From the sequence record SRR31156797_5180: DNA of 45,674 nt, one strand, 5' to 3'. Position numbers and translations under genes: made by a program. Shown here one piece after another: positions 27,596-36,447 of the stretch (position 1 is the first letter of the stretch; every line of letters begins with the position of its first letter). The notes under the pieces were generated by a model. It had not been told where the DNA came from, made no database searches, and saw only the letters and a program-made list of their open reading frames with translations.

Positions 27596-28774
27596 ATGTA
27601 TACCTTTTACATATTATTGGTGATCATCATCCTGTCGTCAATTGCGGGATTGATTGAGTATGCCCGCCATCAAAAGCGAATATACTCAATACCCCTGCGT
27701 ATCCATGTCAATGGAACGCGGGGAAAATCAAGCGTTACACGGCTCATTGGAGCCGGATTGCGCGCAGGTGGTATCCCTAATGTTGTGAAGGTTACAGGGA
27801 CTTTTCCCCGCCTCATCCTTGAAGACGGCACCGAAACATATATCCATCGCAGGTCTTCAGCAAATATTATCGAACAGCTTTCTATTGTAAAATTTGCTGC
27901 CAGGCGGCAAGTAAAAGCCCTGGTGATGGAATGTATGGCTTTGCAACCGCAATATCAAACCATTACCGAAAAGCACATGATCCATTCAAACCTGAGTGTG
28001 ATCACCAATGTGCGGCTCGATCATACAGATGTGATGGGATATTCGCTTCCTGAAATCGCATACACACTGGGGCGGACAATCCCCAGGAAGCAACAGTTTT
28101 TCTCAGCCGAAAATATCATCGATGCTGAGCTACAGAAGATTTGTGATCGCCGGAAAACGGAATCGCATTTTGTAACAGGTGACACGGTTTCATCCGAAGA
28201 AATGAAGGGGTTCAGTTATATCGAACATCGCGACAATGTGGCGCTTGCCCTGGAAATATGTAATCATCTTGGGATAGATCGTAATACCGCACTGAAGGGC
28301 ATGTATAAAGCCATTCCGGATGAAGGTGCTTTGCGTGCTTTCAGGATCCGGGCATTTAGCAAAAGCATGACGTTTTACAATGCTTTCGCTGCCAACGACC
28401 CTGATTCAACCATCATGATCTGGAAAAAAATCAGGGATGAAGTTGGAATGCTTGGTGCTAAAATAATATTACTCAACACCAGGCAGGACCGCCTCGACCG
28501 TGCCCGGCAGTTGGCTGAGATGTGCGGCAAATACCTATCGGAAGAGGCTGATAACCTGTTGCTGATTGGGCAGTCTACAGAAGTAGTAGAACAAATGTCC
28601 ACAAGTAATGGATTCTCAAAATCAAAAATCATCAACCTGGGATATACAACGCCGGCAAAGGTTTTCGAAACAGCCTTGTCGCTTTCCAATAATCAGTCTA
28701 CCATTGTTGCCATTGGAAATATGGGAGGAATGGGAGCTGAAACTGCAGCATATTTTGAAAACAGAAGTGCATAA
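27596..28774 (+). CDS. pgsB: Poly-gamma-glutamate synthase PgsB/CapB
   Basis: N-terminal TM; RIHVNGTRGKSSVTRLI, KVTGT, NIIEQ, ECMALQP, TNVRLDHTDVMG, NAFAANDPDST, RQDRLDR, GNMGG. Confidence 0.93.
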   Translation: MYTFYILLVIIILSSIAGLIEYARHQKRIYSIPLRIHVNGTRGKSSVTRLIGAGLRAGGIPNVVKVTGTFPRLILEDGTETYIHRRSSANIIEQLSIVKFAARRQVKALVMECMALQPQYQTITEKHMIHSNLSVITNVRLDHTDVMGYSLPEIAYTLGRTIPRKQQFFSAENIIDAELQKICDRRKTESHFVTGDTVSSEEMKGFSYIEHRDNVALALEICNHLGIDRNTALKGMYKAIPDEGALRAFRIRAFSKSMTFYNAFAANDPDSTIMIWKKIRDEVGMLGAKIILLNTRQDRLDRARQLAEMCGKYLSEEADNLLLIGQSTEVVEQMSTSNGFSKSKIINLGYTTPAKVFETALSLSNNQSTIVAIGNMGGMGAETAAYFENRSA

Positions 28775-28780
28775 TATGAA

Positions 28781-29230
28781 ATGATTGAATTAGCCATTAC
28801 GCTTGGATTAATTTTTAGCTTGTTGTCGTACGAAGTATTCGGACTAGCCGCCGGGGGTATTGTTGTGCCTGGATACATTGCGCTTCAGCTATCTCACCCC
28901 GACAGGTTGATTGGAATTTTTGTGGTGAGTTTCATCACCTTCCTTATCATCAAGGTTTTGGGAAATTACACTTTTCTGTATGGCCGCCGTCAAATGGTGC
29001 TCGCACTATTAATTGGATGCCTGCTTGCCAATTTTTCCCGTTACTTTCTTTCACTCGATATATCGGGAAATACTTTGGAACTGCAGGCTGTTGGCTGGGT
29101 GATTCCGGGGTTAATCGCACACTGGTTTAGTAAGCAGGGTGTATTAAAAACGGTAAGCGTACTATTTGTTACTTCGGTGCTTGTGCGTTTTATTTTGATT
29201 TTGTTTTTTGCGGGTACATTGTTGCCCTAA
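28781..29230 (+). CDS. pgsC: Poly-gamma-glutamate biosynthesis membrane protein PgsC/CapC
   Basis: GLAAGGIVVPGYIAL, LYGRR, VGWVIPGLIA...KQG; 149 aa. Confidence 0.93.
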   Translation: MIELAITLGLIFSLLSYEVFGLAAGGIVVPGYIALQLSHPDRLIGIFVVSFITFLIIKVLGNYTFLYGRRQMVLALLIGCLLANFSRYFLSLDISGNTLELQAVGWVIPGLIAHWFSKQGVLKTVSVLFVTSVLVRFILILFFAGTLLP

Positions 29231-29249
29231 TTTGAAATGAAAACTGAGC

Positions 29250-30407
29250 ATGTATAAATTCAGTGCGAAATCGAATCTTGTATTAGGTGTTTTATCAGCT
29301 CTGGCGCTATTGGCCCTGCTGGCTGTGGAACATGGTACTGTTGATGTGAAGCAGGATTGGTATGAAGAAAAACTTTCTGCTGCCGAGCTTTCGATGGAAG
29401 CTATGGAAGCCATCAAGGAGCACAGGTTGGAAAAAGGTGTTTTTATAGATGCAGTAAATGATCCCAACCAAACAGCGATGATCGGGCAGGAGTACACACT
29501 CGTTACTACCGACCGTGGTTACATCGACGCCAAACTCTCATCTACCAATCCCAATTTTGCAGCTGTTATTGTTCAGATGTTAAAGGATGCCGGACTTCAG
29601 GAAGGCGACAATGTTGCAATAGCATTCACCGGGTCCTTTCCTGCATTAAATATTTCAGTTTATGCCGCCCTGGAAGCTTTGAATCTAAACCCAATAGCCA
29701 TCACATCAGTGGGAGCTTCAAATTTTGGTGCCAACGATCCCTATTTCTCCTGGCTCGATATGGAGCGATTTCTATATGAAAATAAGATATTTAAGTTTAG
29801 GTCGATTGCTGCATCAGTAGGAGGCGGGCATGATGTTGGTCGTGGTTTAAGTCCGCAGGGGCGCGATCTGATCAAGGAATCTATCCGGCGAAATGAGATG
29901 GAGTTTATCGATGAAAATCATCTTGAAAACAGCATTTCACGACGTATGGAATTATACCGGGAGGCTGCAGGTGACGAAGGAATAGGTGCATTTATCAATG
30001 TTGGAGGTGGAATTGCAAGCCTCGGAAATACCATCAACGGGAAGCTGATACCACCAGGAGTAACAGAATTTTTACCCATGCGAAATTTCCCGGTGAAAGG
30101 GGTAATAATCCAAATGGGTCAAAAAGGTGTGCCAATTATTCACCTGCTCAATATAAGCAGGTTACTTCAAGAATATGGTTTGCCCGGTAGCCCGGTGCCT
30201 TTGCCCGAACCCGGCGATGGGGGCATATTTTCCGAAGAAAAATACAATGTTGTTTTAGCCGGTGTGGCAACTTTTGTGCTGGTGCTTATCATTGTGCTGG
30301 TCTATCTGGGCGAGCGCAGATATCACCGCCTGGGAACTGATGTTGTGCCGGTAGCTCAAAAAATTAGATCACAGATTGACAACCCGGAGGAAGACATTAC
30401 GCTATAA
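29250..30407 (+). CDS. pgsW: Poly-gamma-glutamate system protein PgsW
   Basis: DPNQTAMIG.EY..VTTD.G...AK...TNPNFAA, TGSFPALNI, SVGASNFGAN, FINVGG, GVPIIHLLNI; N- and C-terminal TM helices; follows pgsBC. Confidence 0.88.
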   Translation: MYKFSAKSNLVLGVLSALALLALLAVEHGTVDVKQDWYEEKLSAAELSMEAMEAIKEHRLEKGVFIDAVNDPNQTAMIGQEYTLVTTDRGYIDAKLSSTNPNFAAVIVQMLKDAGLQEGDNVAIAFTGSFPALNISVYAALEALNLNPIAITSVGASNFGANDPYFSWLDMERFLYENKIFKFRSIAASVGGGHDVGRGLSPQGRDLIKESIRRNEMEFIDENHLENSISRRMELYREAAGDEGIGAFINVGGGIASLGNTINGKLIPPGVTEFLPMRNFPVKGVIIQMGQKGVPIIHLLNISRLLQEYGLPGSPVPLPEPGDGGIFSEEKYNVVLAGVATFVLVLIIVLVYLGERRYHRLGTDVVPVAQKIRSQIDNPEEDITL

Positions 30408-30433
30408 TTATGAATGCAAACAAAAAATGAACG

Positions 30434-31345
30434 ATGAAAAAATTTACAATTTTAATGCTCATTTTCCTGGTTACGGGCTCGGGAGTAATTGCTCAGAGCA
30501 GCAAAAAAGCAAGGCGTCTGAAGCCAAAGAATCATACAAAAAGGGTAACCCATATCCTTTCCGGAAAATCCAGGAGCTATTACGCTCTCGATACTGAAAA
30601 GATATCATTAATCACCGTTGAAGGCCCCGGTAAATTGCGCGTGATCACCAGGGCACGTTATGAAAACATGTGGCAGGATGAATATGATTACTCGGTGAAG
30701 TATATTGTTGACGGTGGAGAGCAGTTATCCGAAAAATTTTATGGTGTGGAACCACTTGAAAATGGAAAATACCGCAATGAGGATTTGGGTAAGCCCGGGC
30801 ATAGCAAAGATTTTAAGATTGACCTGAGCCGTGGAGATCATTCCATCGAATTTACACTTGCTGATAAGCATGTTAAAGTAGCTGCCAGGTATTTATTTTA
30901 CCCGGCCAAAGCCAAAAAAATCGACTGGATTTCTTTTTCACCGGAACTGCCAGCCGAACCTGTGGATCTGGTATCACGCGAATCGATCATCCATTATTTC
31001 AGGTCATCGCAGGACCAACCTATAAAAGTTGAAGTCATTGGGCCGACCCAGGTTCGCATACTTACCAGGGTTGAAAATCATTACCAAATGCGCGGCCGGA
31101 TCAACTACCGTATGCAGGTAAAGGAAAATGGGAAAGTGATCAATACCTATCAACTGAGTAGCCTGAGGTCGCAGGTTACATTTTATAAAGATGATCCTGC
31201 ACTGGTTCCGGGCAAGGGTTGCGAATTTGTGATCAATGTTCCTGATGGTAAGCATACCTACGAGATTATGCCAATCGATAAGGATAAAAGTACAGTCCTG
31301 GCCAGGTTTATGATCCCCAAAAAAGATGTAAAGAATAAAGAATAG
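30434..31345 (+). CDS. Basic secreted hypothetical protein with two tandem beta-rich domains
   Basis: Signal peptide; repeats ITVEGPGKLRVITR...GDHSIEF and VEVIGPTQVRILTR...GKHTYEI; Lys/Arg-rich. Confidence 0.8.
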   Translation: MKKFTILMLIFLVTGSGVIAQSSKKARRLKPKNHTKRVTHILSGKSRSYYALDTEKISLITVEGPGKLRVITRARYENMWQDEYDYSVKYIVDGGEQLSEKFYGVEPLENGKYRNEDLGKPGHSKDFKIDLSRGDHSIEFTLADKHVKVAARYLFYPAKAKKIDWISFSPELPAEPVDLVSRESIIHYFRSSQDQPIKVEVIGPTQVRILTRVENHYQMRGRINYRMQVKENGKVINTYQLSSLRSQVTFYKDDPALVPGKGCEFVINVPDGKHTYEIMPIDKDKSTVLARFMIPKKDVKNKE

Positions 31346-31378
31346 CGTTTAAGCTTACTGTTTCTAAATAATTTGCCT

Positions 31379-32521
31379 ATGAGAATCAATCCTGTCAAAT
31401 ATAATTTAAAAAATCATCTGAATATCTTAATCATGGTCTTTCTGGCTTTTGGGGTATTCATGCCTGCTTCAGCTCAGAAAAAATCGAAAAAAGAAAAGCC
31501 GGAGTATGATGTTGATATCTCACTGCTAACTTTTTATGATGATAACATCCTGAAATACTCCGACAAGTATCTGGATCGATTTTTACACAACGAAGACCAG
31601 GGGCGTTTTCATATTGAAACATACGACGATATTATTTTTAATCCACAGGCAACAGTGAGCGGAACATTCCGGATTTTTGGCAAGCAGAAATCAGTTTTCG
31701 ATGTCAATGCCAGCTACAGTAAATATGTGGTGAACAATGTAAAAACGTGGAGCAATTTTGGGATTGGCTATCGTCAGTACATCAACAAAAAATTGAATTT
31801 CAAGTTGTTTTATGATTACATTCCTGAGTTTTATGTGCGCCATTTCAGGGATGATGACTGGACGGCCGTTTATGGCTTTTCTGACGACACCACATTCACA
31901 CCTTATATCTTTTCGAAGAACAATTACGGAGCCTGGGTGCAGTATTCATTGTTTAAGAATACCCGGTTCAGGCTTTACTACTACTATTCGCAGTATTATC
32001 ATAACAAACATTACACGGAGTATGACAGCAAAAATTCGTTGTACCGTTTTAAGCTGTGGCAGAATTTTTTAGATGATTTTACCTTCGAGTTTACCTACCA
32101 GTATGTTTATTCTGATGCAAAAGGTTATGATGAACCCGGCGAAGACAAGAAAACATCAGACGACGGTGATGCTACGTACGAAGAGGACGGCTTTATTTTT
32201 GGGTTGATGTACAGGTTGCCCCGAATTAAAAAGCGGTACCATACACTTGAGGTTGAAACTGTAATTTATAACAGATACTACAAAACCGAAAAACCGGTGA
32301 TCGTAGACCGCCTGCATGCCGGACGTGTTGACAATAACCTGCGGATTTATGTTACATACTACCTGAGTGCCAGTAAAAATTGGAAGTTCAAGGCATTCTA
32401 CCGTTGGCTGGGGCGCGATTCGGGAACAACCTCAATCTTAAACGAAGAATTTGTTTCTGACGAAAAAGACTATAAGCAAAACCAGGTAGGCCTGGAAGTG
32501 ATATATAGATTTGGTTTTTGA
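31379..32521 (+). CDS. Probable outer-membrane beta-barrel protein
   Basis: Signal peptide ending ASA-Q; N-terminal strand FYDDNI; Tyr-rich alternating strands; C-terminal VIYRFGF. Confidence 0.75.
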   Translation: MRINPVKYNLKNHLNILIMVFLAFGVFMPASAQKKSKKEKPEYDVDISLLTFYDDNILKYSDKYLDRFLHNEDQGRFHIETYDDIIFNPQATVSGTFRIFGKQKSVFDVNASYSKYVVNNVKTWSNFGIGYRQYINKKLNFKLFYDYIPEFYVRHFRDDDWTAVYGFSDDTTFTPYIFSKNNYGAWVQYSLFKNTRFRLYYYYSQYYHNKHYTEYDSKNSLYRFKLWQNFLDDFTFEFTYQYVYSDAKGYDEPGEDKKTSDDGDATYEEDGFIFGLMYRLPRIKKRYHTLEVETVIYNRYYKTEKPVIVDRLHAGRVDNNLRIYVTYYLSASKNWKFKAFYRWLGRDSGTTSILNEEFVSDEKDYKQNQVGLEVIYRFGF

Positions 32522-32539
32522 TATTTAAAAAATTGAGAT

Positions 32540-33583
32540 ATGTATATTGAAAAATTATTCAGATTATTTGTATTGATGACCGCCTTTTCATTATTGGTGG
32601 CCGGTTGTGGAAAACCAACCGATCCTGAAGATATTGAGCCTGATCCTGATGCTGGATCAGGTGGGTATAAAATTGAAGCCATTTTCCAAACCACGGGGTT
32701 TGCACAGGATGTGGTCATAAAGGGCGATCTGCTTTACGTGGCCCAGGGAGAAGCCGGGCTGTTGATCCTGGATGTTTCGAACCCACTGGATCCTCAAATC
32801 GTTTCTACGACAACTGAAGGCGTACGTGGATATTCATCCAAAGTTATTGTTGAAGAAAACGTGGCTTACCTGGCTGCCGGCACCTATGGTATTACACTCA
32901 TCGATGTGGAAGATCCTTATCAAACAAATGTAACAGGTTGGTATCTTGAAGTAGTTCAACCGTCCCGAAATTTGTTTATCATGGATAAATACCTGTTTAC
33001 TGCAATTAGCGAAAAAGGCGTTCAGATCGTGTTTGTAGAAAAACCAAATCAGCCACTCCCTGATGTCAGGGCTAATGTTCACACAACAGGTTATGCATAT
33101 TCAGTCGGGATCACTCCTGATACAACAAAAATGATGGTTGCTTGTGGTGAGTTGGGATTGTCCATTTTCGATATCTCCGATTTTCAGAATGGTTATGCGG
33201 ATTATCCGCTAATTTCAGAAACAGACACGCCAGGCTATGCCGAAGATGTGGTGATATCACCAACCGAATCACTGGCCTACATGGCTTGCGGAATTGAGGG
33301 GCTCCAGATTATTGATTATTCCGATACAACGAATATTCATATCGTGGGTAGCCTGGATGAAGGTGGTTATGCCAAAGAACTCAAATACGATGATAATAAA
33401 ATATTTATGGCTGTTGAGTTGGGTGGGCTCCAGGTAATCGATGTTGCAGATCCATCAGCTCCAAAATTGCTGGGTGAGGTTGATACCGAGTTTTCACTGG
33501 GAGTGGATTTTGATGATGATTTCATCTACATTGCTGATGAAGATCAGGGTGTTATTGTGATCTCCCGCCCGGATGAGAAGTAG
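32540..33583 (+). CDS. LVIVD-repeat beta-propeller lipoprotein
   Basis: Lipobox LVAGC; repeated YVA.G..GLLILDVSNP, GITLIDVEDP, GLQIIDYSD, GLQVIDVADP. Confidence 0.88.
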   Translation: MYIEKLFRLFVLMTAFSLLVAGCGKPTDPEDIEPDPDAGSGGYKIEAIFQTTGFAQDVVIKGDLLYVAQGEAGLLILDVSNPLDPQIVSTTTEGVRGYSSKVIVEENVAYLAAGTYGITLIDVEDPYQTNVTGWYLEVVQPSRNLFIMDKYLFTAISEKGVQIVFVEKPNQPLPDVRANVHTTGYAYSVGITPDTTKMMVACGELGLSIFDISDFQNGYADYPLISETDTPGYAEDVVISPTESLAYMACGIEGLQIIDYSDTTNIHIVGSLDEGGYAKELKYDDNKIFMAVELGGLQVIDVADPSAPKLLGEVDTEFSLGVDFDDDFIYIADEDQGVIVISRPDEK

Positions 33584-33605
33584 GGAAGAAGTTATTCCCT
33601 ACTTC
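33577..33605 (+). other. Perfect 11-bp stem-loop over the LVIVD gene stop codon
   Basis: GAAGTAGGGAA-gaagtta-TTCCCTACTTC; no T tract. Confidence 0.6.
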
Positions 33606-33699
33606 ACTAAGGTTCTGGAGGAGGAATAGTTATTTGTTAATTGTTTTTGCGTCGATTAAAGATTCATCAGCATTGCAGAAAGCCAAAAAGATGACATTC

Positions 33700-33902
33700 A
33701 ATAACACCGACCGCAGTGAGACCAATGGCACGAAGTAAATGACACTGAACGCAGTGAAGCCAATTACGCACGAAGTGCCAATTAGGCTGAGCGTAGCAAG
33801 GCCAATGACACGATGTAAATAGCGCTGAATGCAGTGAAGCCAATTACGCACGCAGTGCAAAATTACACCGAACCCGGCGAGGTAAAATACGCACGTAGCG
33901 CA
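33700..33902. repeat. REP/BIME-like array of alternating 24-bp and 14/18-bp units, 80-bp higher-order period
   Basis: A units start at 33700, 33738, 33780, 33818, 33861; B units at 33724, 33762, 33804, 33842, 33885; gcagtgaagccaattacgcacg occurs at 33751 and 33831. Confidence 0.85.
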
Positions 33903-33916
33903 AATGATAAGATTTT

Positions 33917-35029
33917 ATGAACCAAAAACCATCAGCCAAAAAACGTTTTGATTTTATCGACCGCTTCCGTGGTTTCATCGGTGTGTTGATGCTTTTGGGA
34001 CATAGTTCCTATTATTTCAATTCCATCTGGTTGCAGCTCGATCCGCTGGATCCGCTTTTTCCGTCATGGGGGCAGTTCATGTTGCGATATGTAGGGTACC
34101 TCTGCGCACCCGGGTTCCTGATGATGAATGGCGCCATGGTGTGGTGGTCGTTCAACAGAAGGATAGAAAAAGGGGGCAGGGCAGGAGAGGCACGCTGGCA
34201 TCTTATTCAACGCGGTCTTTTTCTGGTACTTGTCCAGGTTACATGGGTCAACTCATCATGGGGAGGCTTTGCCGAATTCAAACCGCTGCATCTGGGTATA
34301 ATATCTACAATTGGCATTTCAATGGTATTGCTCACCTTTATCATTCACTTTCACTGGCTTGCTCGAACTATTATTGCTGTTATAATATTGATCGCACATG
34401 CGATTCTTTTACAGGTTTCTTACAACCCCGAAATTATCTGGCAACAGGTGTTGATGCAGACTTTTATCGATTCCGGAAGTTTTAATAAGTACCCGGTTTT
34501 ACCCTGGTTTGCGCTCGGAATATTGGGTTCGGTGATGGCCAACGGCTGGCTGAAAATCTGGAAATCGGATAAGCAAAGGATCCTGTATGGCCTGATTATT
34601 TCGCTATCGGTTTTTGCACTGGCTGTCGTAGTTCGTATGGGACGCGATTTTGGAAATATTTTTCCCTACTCTGATTTTGGACATTACTCGTTTTTCATCG
34701 ATCAGAAATATCCGCCAAGCTTTTTTATGAACCTGTGGTCATTTGCGGCCGTCGTATTAGGTGTAACCCTATTTATTTTACTTGACCGGGTATTTCCGAA
34801 ATTGCTATCGGTTTTTAGTATTCCCGGCAAAGTACCGCTATTTTTCTATGCTGTACATCTTGCTATACTTGGCATTTTTGTAAAACGGATGGATATGTTT
34901 TATCGCGAGGGCGGGGTGGTGGTATCCCTCCTGGGCTTGCTGGTGATGTTACTGATTATGCTACCGTTCTGCCGTTGGTTTTACGGCATAAAGCGCAGAA
35001 GTAGCAATTATTTTATCCAAATGATATGA
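33917..35029 (+). CDS. DUF1624 / HGSNAT-like multi-pass membrane protein (putative acyltransferase)
   Basis: IDRFRGFIGVLMLLGH, CAPGF, RGLFL, YPVLPW, KYPPS, GKVPLFFYAVH; about 9-10 TM segments. Confidence 0.82.
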   Translation: MNQKPSAKKRFDFIDRFRGFIGVLMLLGHSSYYFNSIWLQLDPLDPLFPSWGQFMLRYVGYLCAPGFLMMNGAMVWWSFNRRIEKGGRAGEARWHLIQRGLFLVLVQVTWVNSSWGGFAEFKPLHLGIISTIGISMVLLTFIIHFHWLARTIIAVIILIAHAILLQVSYNPEIIWQQVLMQTFIDSGSFNKYPVLPWFALGILGSVMANGWLKIWKSDKQRILYGLIISLSVFALAVVVRMGRDFGNIFPYSDFGHYSFFIDQKYPPSFFMNLWSFAAVVLGVTLFILLDRVFPKLLSVFSIPGKVPLFFYAVHLAILGIFVKRMDMFYREGGVVVSLLGLLVMLLIMLPFCRWFYGIKRRSSNYFIQMI

Positions 35030-35892
35030 GCAGGGCCATTGAAAATATCATCTCAGGAATTGGCATTGGTTTATTGTTTTTAATGATGACCGGATGCGGC
35101 AGCCGTCATGGTGAATCTTTCAGGAGCAATGATGGAACAACGATTTTTAATCTGAATTCAAATCCCGGATTCAGGCCCGAAATTTCATTTTGTTGGGATT
35201 TTGATGAAAATACCGGTACTCCGGTTTGGCCGGATTCGGTATTTACAATTGACGATAAGGAGTGGCTGAATGCCATCATTCGACTTAACAATTTGCAGAA
35301 CGCTCCTGAGGTGGCTGTGTTTCATGTGGATTGGGTAGCCCCGGATGGTAACTCGATGTTCATCAAAGAAATTGATGTAGATTCAGCTGGTTATATCCAA
35401 AGCTCCATTTCAATTTCGCCTGAGCGGCGTAAACCCGGAAAATACACTTTAAAGTTGTATTATTTCAGGGAGTTGATTGCCATTAAAACTTTCGTCCTGC
35501 TACCGGAAAACTCGGTTAACTACAGCCTGGCTTCACGGATTCTTCCCCATTTATCATTTTGTTCAGAAACCACTAAAACAGGCGAATGTATTGATGCGGA
35601 TTCGGTTTTTACCATTCGAAAAAAAGGATGGGTAAAAGCTGTGGTGAAAATCCGTGGAGTGAGCGCTTTAACCAAAGGTCGCACTCGCTACCAACTGGAG
35701 TGGCATGGGTGGGATGGCCAGGTATTTTATACCAAAAACATTGATGTGGAACCCGAAGACCCCATGCAGCTCATTTTCAGTTCCATTTCCATCCCACCCG
35801 GCAAACGCGAGCCGGGCCAGTACGGGTTGAAAGTGTACTGTTTTGATGAACTTGTCTGCAGGGGCAGTTTTACACTTGTACAATCTGAATGA
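35026..35892 (+). CDS. Hypothetical lipoprotein with an internal tandem duplication
   Basis: Lipobox MTGC; two copies of SFC...TG....DSVFTI...W...DG..F.K.IDV...SSISI.P..R.PG.Y.LK.Y.F.EL. Confidence 0.8.
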   Translation: MSRAIENIISGIGIGLLFLMMTGCGSRHGESFRSNDGTTIFNLNSNPGFRPEISFCWDFDENTGTPVWPDSVFTIDDKEWLNAIIRLNNLQNAPEVAVFHVDWVAPDGNSMFIKEIDVDSAGYIQSSISISPERRKPGKYTLKLYYFRELIAIKTFVLLPENSVNYSLASRILPHLSFCSETTKTGECIDADSVFTIRKKGWVKAVVKIRGVSALTKGRTRYQLEWHGWDGQVFYTKNIDVEPEDPMQLIFSSISIPPGKREPGQYGLKVYCFDELVCRGSFTLVQSE

Positions 35893-36279
35893 TTAAAGGG
35901 AATGGTTTACCCAATCAAAGGCCTGGGTCATGTCTCTCAGGTGAAAATACCTTTCCTCCCGTCCTGCTGTCTTACTCCCAAAAAACAGGTTGTCTGCTTT
36001 CGTTAAAAATTCCTCCACTTTGCTTTCGCCTACGATGGCTATTTTTCCGCAGTATTTCAGGTGCTTCATGGCATACACGCCGTCTTTCAGCATGGCTTTC
36101 AGGCTGCTTTTCATCAGGTTCAGGTTATCAATTTTCACCAGCATATTCACTTTATCGATTCCCCGGTCAAGTTTTTCTTCAAAAAGCTTTTCCAGGCTTT
36201 TTTCATCGTCATGGGTGTAACCGTTAATGATTTCGATGCCAATGACGTGTTTGGCTGTACTGTCGAGTTGTTTTATCAT
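35893..36279 (-). CDS. SpoIIAA-like (STAS/SEC14) domain protein
   Basis: VIGIEIINGYTHDD, KIAIVG, ERYF......AFDWV. Confidence 0.8.
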   Translation of the reverse strand: MIKQLDSTAKHVIGIEIINGYTHDDEKSLEKLFEEKLDRGIDKVNMLVKIDNLNLMKSSLKAMLKDGVYAMKHLKYCGKIAIVGESKVEEFLTKADNLFFGSKTAGREERYFHLRDMTQAFDWVNHSL

Positions 36280-36407
36280 AATGCAAATTATTTTGATTGT
36301 CGATGCCGAAATATAATCAATCCCAGCCGAAATTCAAAAAAAAATCCTGCTGCGCAAATTTTTTCGTGAGTAATGAATCGACATACCTCATTCAATCACA
36401 GAATCAT

Positions 36408-36415
36408 TACCTTTG
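36408..36415 (+). promoter_or_regulatory. Bacteroidota -7 box
   Basis: TACCTTTG; implies the CotH start is 36448 or 36457 rather than 36373. Confidence 0.5.
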
Positions 36416-36447
36416 AAGCTTCCAAATATTTCTATAGCTGCGAACCT

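Noticed and set aside
33630-33860. 76-aa ORF across the repeat array
   Set aside because: Best explained as a by-product of the repeat sequence; no family features.
33700-33902. CRISPR array
   Set aside because: Units are degenerate, the intervening segments resemble each other rather than being unique spacers, lengths are too short, and no cas genes are present.
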